From the NCBI GenBank assembly GCA_964644965.1, contig CAZXYN010000001.1:64282-128281 (forward strand): a DNA stretch of 64,000 nt, given 5' to 3'. Source of the DNA: an uncultured Candidatus Saccharibacteria bacterium. GTDB lineage: Bacteria; Patescibacteriota; Saccharimonadia; Saccharimonadales; JACDBH01. Every line of letters begins with the position of its first letter. The first letter of the stretch is position 1. A program made the translations under genes and the position numbers. Of this stretch, positions 1 through 9,705 are shown piece after piece. Under the pieces are notes generated by a model, which saw nothing but the letters and a program-made list of their open reading frames with translations, was not told the origin of the DNA and did no database searches.

Positions 1-950
1 CCGACACAAAAACACTAGCTTATCTATTAAAAAACGATAGCAACTACGGTACATACGACAAAAAAGTATCTCATGATGAAGACCATATCATTGTCGATGG
101 TCACAAGATCAAAGTCACTGCCGAGCGCGACCCAGCAACCCTGCCTTGGGGTGACATGCATGTCGATGTTGTCGTCGAATCTACTGGACGATTTACCGCC
201 AAAGAAGATGCTGAGCTTCACATCAAAGCTGGTGCTAAGAGAGTCGTTATATCTGGCCCTACCAAGAGCGACGGCGTCGACACTATCGTGCTTGGTGCCA
301 ATGACGAAAAGCTAGAAGGTGCCACAGAAGTTATCAGCAACGCCTCATGTACCACCAACAGCCTAGGTGCTGTCATGGGTGTGCTAGATTCAGAGTTTGG
401 CATCGAAAAATCCATGCTCACCACCGTACATAGCTACACAGCTAGCCAAGTTGTACAGGATGCACCAGCCAAGGATCTCCGCGAAGGTCGTAGCGCTGCC
501 GAAAACATCGTGCCAACTACCACCGGGGCGGCAATCGCCGTCACGTTGACCATGCCACAACTCAAGGGCAAGTTTGATGGACTCAGTGTACGCGTACCGA
601 CCCCTGTTGTTTCAATCAGTGATATCACAGTGTTATTCAAGCGCGATGTCACAGTTGATGAAATCAACGACGCATTCCGCAAAGCCGCCAAAGAACCATA
701 TTATCAGGGAATCTTGGGTGTATCAGAGGAGCCGCTAGTCAGCAGCGACTACATCGGCAACAGCCATTCTGGCGTAGTTGACCTACTGCTCACAAAAGTC
801 GTCGACGGCAACCTCGGTAAGGTCATGGTCTGGTACGACAACGAATGGGGCTACAGCAACCGACTTGTAGAAGTGGTCGCCGACACCGGCAAGAGCCTGC
901 ATAGCAAGGGGCACCACTCGGCACATCACGGACACGAACACCACAGCTAG
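1..950 (+). CDS. gap: glyceraldehyde-3-phosphate dehydrogenase type I (5' end cut by window edge)
   Basis: The frame of listed ORF 156..950 stays open back to base 3 (DTKTLAYLLKNDSNYGTYD...KIKVTAERDP). Active-site ASCTTNSL and C-terminal WYDNEWGYSNR signatures are present. Ends in a His-rich tail. Confidence 0.93.
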   Translation, partial: DTKTLAYLLKNDSNYGTYDKKVSHDEDHIIVDGHKIKVTAERDPATLPWGDMHVDVVVESTGRFTAKEDAELHIKAGAKRVVISGPTKSDGVDTIVLGANDEKLEGATEVISNASCTTNSLGAVMGVLDSEFGIEKSMLTTVHSYTASQVVQDAPAKDLREGRSAAENIVPTTTGAAIAVTLTMPQLKGKFDGLSVRVPTPVVSISDITVLFKRDVTVDEINDAFRKAAKEPYYQGILGVSEEPLVSSDYIGNSHSGVVDLLLTKVVDGNLGKVMVWYDNEWGYSNRLVEVVADTGKSLHSKGHHSAHHGHEHHS

Positions 951-959
951 GAGTTGTAG

Positions 960-1412
960 ATGAAAATATACCTAGGCGCCGATCACGGCGGCTACCATCT
1001 AAAAGAACAGCTAGAAGTCTACTTAAATAAGGCTGGCTATGAGGTAGAGGACAAAGGCAACGATGTACTCGATCCGGACGACGATTATCCGCAGTTTGCA
1101 GCCAAGGTAGCAACTGCAGTTTTAGCGAGCGATGATAGCGAGGCTCGCGGTATTGTTGTCTGTACGGGTGCCCAAGGCGTTGCCATTGCTGCTAATCGTC
1201 ACAAAGGCATTCGTGCCTCGGTTGTATGGGATGCGCATGAAGCTCGCATGACAAGAAACGATAATGATAGCAATGTCCTATGTCTACCAGGAAGGTTAAT
1301 GTCTGACAATCCGGCACTTTGGCAGGGAGTAGTCGAAACTTGGCTGGCAACACCATTCAGCCGAGCAGCACGACATCACCGCCGTGTTCAGGATCTCGAC
1401 AAACTGGGATAA
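960..1412 (+). CDS. rpiB: ribose-5-phosphate isomerase B (RpiB/LacAB family)
   Basis: MKIYLGADHGGYHLKEQL N-terminus, CTGAQGVAIAANR and typical 150-aa size. Lies 10 nt after gap. Confidence 0.85.
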   Translation: MKIYLGADHGGYHLKEQLEVYLNKAGYEVEDKGNDVLDPDDDYPQFAAKVATAVLASDDSEARGIVVCTGAQGVAIAANRHKGIRASVVWDAHEARMTRNDNDSNVLCLPGRLMSDNPALWQGVVETWLATPFSRAARHHRRVQDLDKLG

Positions 1413-1551
1413 GCTAGGAGAGAGCTGTTAAAAGACAGCTTATATATACCATCATATCACACATTTGAGCATTTGTCAATAGATAAGGCTTTTTTACAGA
1501 TTAATTATCATTATTTACTACTGTTGCTAAATTAGTTATGCTTGATTACAT

Positions 1552-2199
1552 ATGGCAGTGATTTGTCCTACTGTGATGGGTACCAGCTCGAGGGAATACC
1601 GAGAGGCTATTGAGCGTGTCAGTGATTTTGCCGAGCGAATTCATATTGATTTTGCCGACGGGGTATTCGCTCCTACTAAACTAGAGCCGATAGAGGACGC
1701 CTGGTGGCCAGTTGGGCTAATGGTAGATTTTCATATTATGTATCAGAAACCACTAGAGCATCTAGAGACTACTATTATGCACCAGCCGCACCTAGCGATT
1801 GTACATGCAGAGGCAGATGGCGCTTGGGAATTTTTGGATGAACTCGAGGGCTTAGGTATCAAACGCGGCGTTGCTTTACTAAAGAACACACCAGCCGAGG
1901 CTATAAAGCCACATCTCGACAAAATTGACCATGTCTTGGTATTCAGTGGAGATCTTGGTTATTACGGCGGTAAAGCCGATATGGATCTGCTGAAAAAGGT
2001 CGAAGAATTGATGATTATGAAGCCAACACTTGAGATTGGCTGGGATGGTGGCATCAATGACAAAACAGCCGCACAGCTAGCTAGGGGCGGTGTCGATGTG
2101 CTGAATGTTGGCGGTGCCATACAGAAAGCTAGTGACCCCGAGGCAGCCTATGATACACTAGTCTCAAGCGTAAGCATAAACAAAGAGCAAACAACATGA
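1552..2199 (+). CDS. divergent ribulose-phosphate 3-epimerase-like TIM-barrel protein
   Basis: HIDFADGVFAP resembles the RPE H-x-D-x-x-DG-x-F-x-P metal site. 215 aa, located between rpiB and transketolase, with a 4-nt ATGA overlap onto the next gene. Confidence 0.55.
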   Translation: MAVICPTVMGTSSREYREAIERVSDFAERIHIDFADGVFAPTKLEPIEDAWWPVGLMVDFHIMYQKPLEHLETTIMHQPHLAIVHAEADGAWEFLDELEGLGIKRGVALLKNTPAEAIKPHLDKIDHVLVFSGDLGYYGGKADMDLLKKVEELMIMKPTLEIGWDGGINDKTAAQLARGGVDVLNVGGAIQKASDPEAAYDTLVSSVSINKEQTT

Positions 2200-3092
2200 C
2201 ACTTCACGAGCTTGAACTCAAAGCCAACGACATCCGCCAGGACATTATCAAGATGTTGTCAGCAATTGGAACCAGCGGTCATTCAGCCGGTCCGCTGGGG
2301 CTTGCCGATATTTTTGCCGCGCTTTATTTTGACATTATGAAATATGATCCCAAGAATCCTACTTGGGAAGAGCGGGACATTTTTCTTTTGAGCAACGGCC
2401 ACACTGTTCCTGTACAGTACGCCACCATGGCCAATGCTGGCTTCTTTGATCGCAAAGAACTGCTGACGCTGCGCAAATTTGGCAGCAGATTGCAAGGACA
2501 TCCCGAAAGAGTGATGTTGCCAGGGCTCGAAAACACCAGTGGCCCGCTTGGCTGTGGTCTTAGCCAGGCTTGTGGCATGGCACTGGCTATGCGCATGAAC
2601 CAAGACAAACAGCGCTGGATATACGTGGTTACTGGTGACGGCGAGCTAAACGAGGGCAATGTTTGGGAAGCCGCTATGCTGGCTGCCAAATACGGATTGA
2701 GCAATATTATCGCGATTGTAGACCGCAACTATATTCAGATTGATGGTCCAACTGAAGAAATAATGCCGCTGGATCCGCCAGGAGGTGGCCTAAAGGAAAA
2801 GTGGGAAAGTTTTGGCTGGCATGTGATTGATGTTGATGGTAACAATATCGAGGCAGTTATCGATGCTTGCGCCATGGCCAGGGCTGTAGCCGACAAGCCG
2901 TCGGTTATCATAGCTCACACCATACCGGGCAAAGATGTTGACTACATGGAAGGCGATTATCGCTGGCATGGTATGCCACCGGGACTTAACGATGTACCTG
3001 GAGATCCGCCTAAGGATCAGCAGGTCGAAGTAGCTCTCGAAGAACTCCGTGAACACCGTGAGGAGATAGAAAATGAGGGCAAGTATGAGTAG
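2196..3092 (+). CDS. transketolase, N-terminal (TPP-binding) subunit
   Basis: SGHSAGPLGLADIFAALYF, GDGELNEGNVWEA and LSNIIAIVDRN motifs. Split-gene architecture. Confidence 0.9.
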   Translation: MTLHELELKANDIRQDIIKMLSAIGTSGHSAGPLGLADIFAALYFDIMKYDPKNPTWEERDIFLLSNGHTVPVQYATMANAGFFDRKELLTLRKFGSRLQGHPERVMLPGLENTSGPLGCGLSQACGMALAMRMNQDKQRWIYVVTGDGELNEGNVWEAAMLAAKYGLSNIIAIVDRNYIQIDGPTEEIMPLDPPGGGLKEKWESFGWHVIDVDGNNIEAVIDACAMARAVADKPSVIIAHTIPGKDVDYMEGDYRWHGMPPGLNDVPGDPPKDQQVEVALEELREHREEIENEGKYE

Positions 3093-3158
3093 CCGCTCGT
3101 TCTTGTATCAAAAGGGGCGTACTATGGGTGCACTTCGCTCAGTTGTAGAGGAAAGTTT

Positions 3159-4130
3159 ATGAATATGCATTTGGTTGATTTGGGCGGGACTCTCGAAAAG
3201 GAGCCGAACCGCAAGGGTTTTGGCCGTGGTCTCAAAAAAGCCGGTGAGCTGGATGTAAATGTAGTCGCGGCTTGCGCTGACCTGACTGAATCTACTCAAA
3301 TAAGTCTGTTTCGCGAAGCCTTTCCGGACAGATTTATTGAAGTTGGCGTGGCTGAGCAAAACCTTGTAACAGTGGGTTCGGGACTGGCTGCTATGGGCAA
3401 GATTCCTTTTGTCAGCAGCTACGCAGCCTTCAGTCCTGGGCGCAACTGGGAGCAGATCCGTACGACGATTTGTCTCAATAACCAACCAGTAAAAATTGTT
3501 GGCGCGCATGCTGGCTTGAGTGTTGGCGCTGACGGCGCAACCCATCAGATGCTCGAAGACATCGCGATTATGCGAGCGCTGCCAAACATGGTGGTCTTGG
3601 CACCTGGCGACGCTCTTGAAGCCGAAAAGATGACGATAGCCATGGCTCGTGACAAGCGTCCCAATTATATTCGCCTAGCTCGTGAGGCCTCCCCGGTTAT
3701 TACGACCGAAGACACGCCGTTTGAGATAGGCAAGGCTTATGTCTACCGAGAAGGCAAAGATGTAAGCCTAATATCAACCGGACTTATGACATACAACGCA
3801 CTTGTGGCTGCCGAAAAACTACAAAAAGATGGAATTGACGCTGAAGTTGTACATGTGCCAACCATTAAGCCACTAGATAAAGAAACCATTCTTGCAAGTG
3901 TCAAAAAAACCGGCGCAGTAGTTACCTGTGAAGAACATCAGATTACGGGCGGTCTTGGCGGGGCAATTGCTGAATTATTGGTAGAGGAATTGCCAGTTCC
4001 GATGCATCGAGTAGGTGTTAAAGATAAGTTTGGTGAGTCCGGTACACCCGATGAGTTATATGAACATTTTGGTCTGACCGCTAAACACATCGCTCTGGCA
4101 GCCCACCATATTATCGACAAGAAAGCTTAG
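3159..4130 (+). CDS. transketolase, C-terminal (pyrimidine-binding) subunit
   Basis: FIEVGVAEQNLVTVGSGLA, GADGATHQMLEDIAIMRALPNM and a C-terminal transketolase fold pattern. Confidence 0.9.
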   Translation: MNMHLVDLGGTLEKEPNRKGFGRGLKKAGELDVNVVAACADLTESTQISLFREAFPDRFIEVGVAEQNLVTVGSGLAAMGKIPFVSSYAAFSPGRNWEQIRTTICLNNQPVKIVGAHAGLSVGADGATHQMLEDIAIMRALPNMVVLAPGDALEAEKMTIAMARDKRPNYIRLAREASPVITTEDTPFEIGKAYVYREGKDVSLISTGLMTYNALVAAEKLQKDGIDAEVVHVPTIKPLDKETILASVKKTGAVVTCEEHQITGGLGGAIAELLVEELPVPMHRVGVKDKFGESGTPDELYEHFGLTAKHIALAAHHIIDKKA

Positions 4131-4138
4131 GCGCTTCA

Positions 4139-5032
4139 TTGAATTGGCAAGGCTACATATTGCTGCATGCGCTATTTTCTGCTTTTCAAGCCCTACAGTT
4201 CAGGGCAATAGCGCGCGACAAGAAAGCTCGGCATGCGGCTCTCGCCGTAAATGCGATTGCTTTCAGCACATTGTATGTTTGTGGTTTACTAATCTTGCCG
4301 ATTATCGGTGATGTGAATCTTAGTGAATTCGCTGCAGATTTTGTTCCATATCTGGCGGCTTCATCATTGTTCGTTATGGCTCTGTACTTTATGTATAAAG
4401 CTCTGACTCATCTGGAAAGTGCAACTGCCAGCGTGCTTGGTACTTCTAGTGCGTTGTTTGCAATATTGTTTGGTTCCGTGATCTATGGTGAACAGCTAAG
4501 TTTGAACCAGATTATTGGTATGTCGATATTGGTTCCGTGTGTGTGGTATGTGCTATTGCTGGCGCGCAAACATCATAGTTTGTTTAACTTCAAAGATGTC
4601 AGTTGGCTGCATGGCTTTTACTTTATGATTGCTTCGAGCTTTTGTCTGGCGTTGGCGCATGTTATCGAAAAGGGAATTTTGCAGAACTCGAGTGTTGGTA
4701 CCTATATTGCCTTTGGTTGGCTGTTGCAGGCTAGTTTTGCTTGGTTGTTTTACTTCTTATTTGGCACTCATGCCAAAAAAATATTCAGAAACAATGCTAC
4801 TATTCGTAGCTCAATTCAGCTTGGTGTTGTTCGAGCCGCTGCCGGGCTGTTCTTTGTGCTTGCGCTGGTTAGCAGCGACAACGTATCACTTGTGACAGTG
4901 GTCGCGAACTTTAGAATCATTATAGTGGCGATCCTAGCTGGTTGGCTGCTGGGCGAGAGAAAGTTTTATTACAAGAAACTTGCCGCCGCAGCCGTATCTG
5001 TGTTGGCGCTGTCCATAATCTTCTGGAATTAG
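4139..5032 (+). CDS. polytopic membrane protein, EamA/DMT-like permease
   Basis: 297 aa, hydrophobic helices throughout, TTG start. Family assignment rests on overall resemblance only. Confidence 0.5.
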   Translation: MNWQGYILLHALFSAFQALQFRAIARDKKARHAALAVNAIAFSTLYVCGLLILPIIGDVNLSEFAADFVPYLAASSLFVMALYFMYKALTHLESATASVLGTSSALFAILFGSVIYGEQLSLNQIIGMSILVPCVWYVLLLARKHHSLFNFKDVSWLHGFYFMIASSFCLALAHVIEKGILQNSSVGTYIAFGWLLQASFAWLFYFLFGTHAKKIFRNNATIRSSIQLGVVRAAAGLFFVLALVSSDNVSLVTVVANFRIIIVAILAGWLLGERKFYYKKLAAAAVSVLALSIIFWN

Positions 5033-5186
5033 GACCTGTTCAAAAGCAAAATCTCTTTCAAATATACGACGGCCGTCGCTAAATTGAAAGAGCGCAGATT
5101 AGTTTGCACAAGTCCGTTACAAGTCTGTTTGCATAAATTACCATAAGCACATACAATACGGGTAACTAACAACGGTGGTAACCAAC

Positions 5187-6095
5187 ATGTCGCAAACACT
5201 AGCAAGAATCAGGCAAAATACTGCCCGTGCCCGTGAGCTTATGCAGCGATCACGAGCTGAGCACTTCGCAGTTGGCGCATTCAACATCGACAACCAAGAG
5301 ACATTGATAGCTATAGCTCAAGCTGCCCAAAAAGCAAAAAGCCCAGTGCTTGTAGAAGTAAGCGACGGTGAGGTCAAGACAATTGGCCTGCAAAACCTCC
5401 GCTGCATGGTAGACAATTATCGTGCTGAACTGGGAATAGAAATGTACATTAACCTCGATCACAGTCCGACCGTAGAGGCTTGCAAGGCGGCAATCGACGC
5501 TGGCTATGAGTTTATTCATATTGATATAAGTCAGGCTAACCACGATGCTACCGAGGAGGAAATTATCGCTAAGACTAAAGAAGTTGTAGACTATGCGAAA
5601 TTTACAGGTGCGCTTGTGGAGAGCGAGCCACATTATTTTGGCGGTAGCTCAAATGTGCACAAGGAAGCTTTTGACTACGATGAGATTAAGAAGACCTTTA
5701 GTACGCCAGATGTCGCCCGCGAATTCGTCGAAGCAACTGGCATTGACACCTTTGCAGCAGCTGTTGGTAACTTGCACGGAAGCTACCCAGTGCCAAAGCA
5801 GCTTGACCTAGACTTGCTCAAGACCATTCGCGAGGCAATTCCATGCCAGATATCACTACATGGTGGTAGCGGTACGCCAGGTCATTTTTTTGAAGAGGCA
5901 GCTAAGATTGGTGTTAGTAAGGTTAATATCAACTCCGATATGCGTAAAGCCTTCCGCGATACACTAGTGAAGGTATTGCAAGAAAATCCAGACGAATATG
6001 CAGTAATGAAACTTATGCCAGAAGTTGTTGCTGCCGTACAGGCGGTTGTGGAAGAGCGAATCGCTATATTTGGTTCAACTGGTAAAAGTGTGTAA
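5187..6095 (+). CDS. fba: class II fructose-bisphosphate aldolase family protein
   Basis: FNIDNQETL, PVLVEVS, INLDHS and ISLHGGSGTP motifs. ATG at 5187 preferred over the upstream GTG at 5175. Confidence 0.85.
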   Translation: MSQTLARIRQNTARARELMQRSRAEHFAVGAFNIDNQETLIAIAQAAQKAKSPVLVEVSDGEVKTIGLQNLRCMVDNYRAELGIEMYINLDHSPTVEACKAAIDAGYEFIHIDISQANHDATEEEIIAKTKEVVDYAKFTGALVESEPHYFGGSSNVHKEAFDYDEIKKTFSTPDVAREFVEATGIDTFAAAVGNLHGSYPVPKQLDLDLLKTIREAIPCQISLHGGSGTPGHFFEEAAKIGVSKVNINSDMRKAFRDTLVKVLQENPDEYAVMKLMPEVVAAVQAVVEERIAIFGSTGKSV

Positions 6096-6139
6096 TAATC
6101 TAGACAAACATAAGCATAAAACGAACTAAAAGGGGTGGA

Positions 6140-7153
6140 ATGAGTCAACAACTAGACGTACTAAGTGTCGGTGATGTAGTTACTGATGCTTTTATAAAGC
6201 TGTTCGATGATAGAGCGACAACTTATGTAGATGAAAACGGCATGAAGACTTTGGCAATGGAATACGGTACAAAGATTCCATTTGATAAAGCAATTGTTGT
6301 CGAAGGTGTCGGCAACGCCGCCAACGCAGCTGTTAGTCTTACTCGTCTCGGTCTTAACTGCGGTTTTGTAACCAATGTTGGCGAGGACAAATATGGTCGA
6401 GGTATCATAGCATCTCTTAATGATAAGAAAATCGACACACGCTATGTACGTGTAAACCCTGGCAAGAAAACCAATTATCATTATGTTCTTTGGTATAGAG
6501 AAGAGCGTACAATTCTGATTAATCATGAGGATTACGAATACACCTGGCCTAACTTACGTGGTAAAGAGGCTCCAAAATGGTTATATTTTAGTTCTATAGC
6601 AGAGAGTGCATTAGACTTCCATGATGAGCTTGCTGACTGGTTGGATGAAAATCCGGAAGTGAAACTGGCCTTCCAGCCGGGAACTTTCCAGATGAAGGCT
6701 GGGGCGGAACGGCTCTCACGGATCTACAGACATAGTAATATTCTAGTGCTTAACAAGGAAGAGTCCGCATTGGTTGGCGGTGGTGACATCAATAATATGC
6801 ATGACTTGTTTGATAAGCTGCATGCGCTTGGTCCGGACAACATGGTTGTATGTATCACTGATGGGCCAAATGGTGCTTACGCATCCAGTTCCGAGGGTCG
6901 ATTCTTTATGCCAATCTACCCAGATCCAGGACCTCCAGTAGAACGTACTGGCGCTGGTGATGCCTTTGCCAGTACCTTTACGGCTGCAATTATGCGCGGC
7001 AAATCTGTAACTGATGCGTTACGCTGGGGTCCGGTTAATTCTATGAATGTAGTTCAGCACCCGGGTGCACAAGAAGGCCTGCTATCAGAAGCCGAGATAG
7101 AGAGGTTACTCTCAGAAGCTCCTGATTGGTATATTCCGACCCCAATGGAGTAG
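6140..7153 (+). CDS. PfkB-family carbohydrate kinase
   Basis: C-terminal TGAGDAFASTF anion-hole/ATP motif, N-terminal VVEGVGNAANAA and an AGGGGTGG Shine-Dalgarno. Substrate not inferable. Confidence 0.8.
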   Translation: MSQQLDVLSVGDVVTDAFIKLFDDRATTYVDENGMKTLAMEYGTKIPFDKAIVVEGVGNAANAAVSLTRLGLNCGFVTNVGEDKYGRGIIASLNDKKIDTRYVRVNPGKKTNYHYVLWYREERTILINHEDYEYTWPNLRGKEAPKWLYFSSIAESALDFHDELADWLDENPEVKLAFQPGTFQMKAGAERLSRIYRHSNILVLNKEESALVGGGDINNMHDLFDKLHALGPDNMVVCITDGPNGAYASSSEGRFFMPIYPDPGPPVERTGAGDAFASTFTAAIMRGKSVTDALRWGPVNSMNVVQHPGAQEGLLSEAEIERLLSEAPDWYIPTPME

Positions 7154-7493
7154 GGATCTTCTTTACCAAAGAAGCAAATGTCTTACCACTTTTGGTGTCA
7201 AAAGTGGCGCAAAACCACCGGGCCGCAGCACTTCTTGACTATACTTCTGTCAAGAAAGACAACAGCCTGCGGAACTAGGAGTTGCCTGCTATTTGGGAAG
7301 CAACTCCGTCAAACAGTCCTCGGCCACTAGTTGTCTTTTTGACGAAGTCCAATCAGGAAGCACTGCGATGCCCGGACCCAGGCCTCCATGGCTACGGCCT
7401 TAAACAGGCCGATGTTTTTTGTATGTGGGCTGAGCCCGCACCTCAAATATCAAGTATTTCCTATCAAATATTCAATTCTCACCGGAGGTAGAT

Positions 7494-7522
7494 ATTGACA
7501 TACTTGACATCGTGTGATATAA
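7494..7522 (+). promoter_or_regulatory. near-consensus sigma70-type promoter (TTGACA-17 nt-TGnTATAAT) pointing into the 3' end of the minus-strand LOG gene
   Basis: ttgacatacttgacatcgtgtgatataat has perfect -35 and -10 hexamers, a 17-nt spacer and an extended -10 TG. A second TTGACA lies 8 nt from the -10. Confidence 0.45.
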
Positions 7523-7528
7523 TGTATA

Positions 7529-8263
7529 CTAAGAAGAATGTGGTTTTTCTAGTTTCTCTGGTGGTAGTGCGAAGACAGATGTTATCTCACGGTGTTCGCT
7601 GACGATTTGTTTGATTTCCTCTATATCATCGGTGATGGTGTAGAGGTCTTCGTCGCCATGACTAATTGCACCTAGGCTTTCAAGCATCTGGGTACGTATA
7701 AAGGCGTCTAAGGGCGACCAAAACTCTTTTCCGACTAAGATAATCGGTACCGGTGGCATTTTGCCGGTCTGGACCAGCGTCATAACCTCAAACATTTCAT
7801 CCATAGTACCAAAACCTCCAGGGAAGCAGATTAGAGCACTAGCGGCGTAGGCCAGCATTACTTTGCGCGCAAAGAAATATCTGAACGGTTTTGATTCAGT
7901 TGTGTAGGAGTTAAGTTGTTGTTCGTGAGGCAGCTCTATATTAAATCCAACAGATTTTCCACCGGCTTCGTATGCACCTCTGTTGGCAGCTTCCATGATT
8001 CCTCCGCCACCGCCGGTAAAGACGGCAAAACCTTCTTGAGCGAGCATTTGACCTGTCTCGCGGGCTTTGATGTAGTGAGGGTTGTCTTCTAAAAATCGGG
8101 CAGATCCGAATACTGTGACGGTATAGTTGTAGTTGTTTACAACTTCGAAGCCTGACTTGAACTCCTTTTCTATTCTATCAACACGTTCTTCTGTCTCGTG
8201 ATTGACTAGCTGTACCACCGCGTCGCGGTGAGGGGTGATCGCACTATAATTTTTGTCTGCCAT
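7529..8263 (-). CDS. LOG family / TIGR00730 protein (nucleotide 5'-monophosphate nucleosidase-like)
   Basis: GGGGGIMEAANRGA and PGGFGTMDEMFE signature motifs. Confidence 0.85.
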   Translation of the reverse strand: MADKNYSAITPHRDAVVQLVNHETEERVDRIEKEFKSGFEVVNNYNYTVTVFGSARFLEDNPHYIKARETGQMLAQEGFAVFTGGGGGIMEAANRGAYEAGGKSVGFNIELPHEQQLNSYTTESKPFRYFFARKVMLAYAASALICFPGGFGTMDEMFEVMTLVQTGKMPPVPIILVGKEFWSPLDAFIRTQMLESLGAISHGDEDLYTITDDIEEIKQIVSEHREITSVFALPPEKLEKPHSS

Positions 8264-8417
8264 ATTGCTTATGAGTATAACATTCTAAGCTTTAACTCGA
8301 TATATCAATAACGATGACTAAAAAACAACAAAATGTGCCAGAATTATTGAGGTAGCTACCAATGCGCATGGTAAACTGGACTTAACAAAGCAATAAAAAG
8401 AGATGAGGTGAATTTAG

Positions 8418-9659
8418 GTGGGGAATTTACTATCAAAGCTACTTTTGGCAGATGAGCCGCTATTTAGCCTAGCCATTAAACAGCTTGAGGAAACGGCCGG
8501 CCGGCCGGCTCAGGATGTGCGTCTAGTTAGCGACATTATTCGAAAAACTCATGAGAAATCTAGTCAGCTAGGACTTGATGCACGTGATACGACTGGCAAA
8601 GAGTTATACCAGGCATTGCTAGCAAAAATTAAAATTCATGACGAACATCTAGCTAAACACATCGGTGGTGATAGGCCTGATGATGTACAAACATTGATAC
8701 CGCTGATGAAAAGAGCCGTAGACAAAGCTAATCTGCCGCGTTCCGCCTGGGTGCTCAAGAAGAGTGTTGCCAAGCGTATGCTGCAAGAGACGCCGCCAGA
8801 AAAAATTATGAAACATCTTGGCTACACTTCTGTAGAATCGATGACCAAGCGCGAAAATTTGGCAGAGATCTTTGGGGCGCTGCGGTTTGCAGAATCCGAT
8901 GCCTGGTTAAGACGTTTTAATACTAAATACAAGAAGTTACAACCGTCAGATTTTGAATCTAGAGATGTTGAGATTGTCATCATGGACCGTGAGCGCTGGG
9001 GTGACATTGCCGAAGGTTTTGTAAAGAAAAAACGGCATAACATCACGCACCTCAAGGAATTAGGTGTCATACTAATGCTGCCTACAAGATTAAAGAAGCT
9101 GCCTGGCATCACGATCACTGCTTTGCCGCTACTACTACATTATTTGAATGAAATAAGACTCTACAGTGCGTTCTTTAAGTTGCAACAGGTCAAATCTAAC
9201 TTTGGTAAAATTATTGCCGAGACTTTGAACGCAGACATCAGGTCTACGGCAATTATGGCAGGAAATCATGTGCACTGGAGAGTGATCCAGCGTTACTACG
9301 GCAAACTTGAACATGAGCATCACCCAGAGATTTTTGAGCCCCATGTACAACCAGAGGATTTGCATTGGCGAAAAGCTGAACAACAACTGTACTTAATCGA
9401 CCCAGAACTTGGTTTTTGGCGTGATCTAGATTACGTAGGTGTACTGGCAGAGAATGACATGCCAGTGAGTTTTAACCTAATGGACGTCAGTATGGCTTAC
9501 TGTACGGGTGCGCCATATGAGCACAGGGTGATATTCCATATGCGCGAGAGTCTATGGAATGAATTGTTTATGCGCTATATGGGTCACAAAGTACTAGAGC
9601 AACAGATTCTGAGTCAGCTTGATAATAATATGATTAAGCCCGAAAAACTTAAGCTCTAA
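8418..9659 (+). CDS. hypothetical protein (413 aa, no recognisable motif)
   Basis: Long ORF with a GTG start 6 nt after GAGGTGA and ordinary amino-acid composition. Confidence 0.6.
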   Translation: MGNLLSKLLLADEPLFSLAIKQLEETAGRPAQDVRLVSDIIRKTHEKSSQLGLDARDTTGKELYQALLAKIKIHDEHLAKHIGGDRPDDVQTLIPLMKRAVDKANLPRSAWVLKKSVAKRMLQETPPEKIMKHLGYTSVESMTKRENLAEIFGALRFAESDAWLRRFNTKYKKLQPSDFESRDVEIVIMDRERWGDIAEGFVKKKRHNITHLKELGVILMLPTRLKKLPGITITALPLLLHYLNEIRLYSAFFKLQQVKSNFGKIIAETLNADIRSTAIMAGNHVHWRVIQRYYGKLEHEHHPEIFEPHVQPEDLHWRKAEQQLYLIDPELGFWRDLDYVGVLAENDMPVSFNLMDVSMAYCTGAPYEHRVIFHMRESLWNELFMRYMGHKVLEQQILSQLDNNMIKPEKLKL

Positions 9660-9705
9660 ATGTATGGGCTAACTGGTAAACTAAATATTAGATTGGAGTA
9701 GTCCC

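Noticed and set aside
4629-4895. 88-aa same-strand alternative-frame ORF inside the EamA-like gene
   Set aside because: It is nested in a longer ORF whose hydrophobic helix pattern is coherent. The nested frame gives a Cys/Arg/Leu-rich sequence with no start context.
7341-7377. SRP-RNA-like motif AAGUCC-AAUCA-GGAAGCA (compare GGUCC-GGAA-GGAAGCA of helix 8), and GTCCGGGC on the minus strand resembling the RNase P P4 region
   Set aside because: The flanking strands do not form the required extended helix when paired by hand. The RNase P-like hit lacks the invariant GGAAAGUCC context and the ACAGAA partner. A covariance-model search would be needed to revive either idea.
7282-7491. Listed 69-aa plus-strand ORF in the 7.2-7.5 kb spacer
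   Set aside because: It has a non-ATG start and no ribosome-binding site. It runs through consecutive hairpins and a terminator-like element, so it is probably non-coding.
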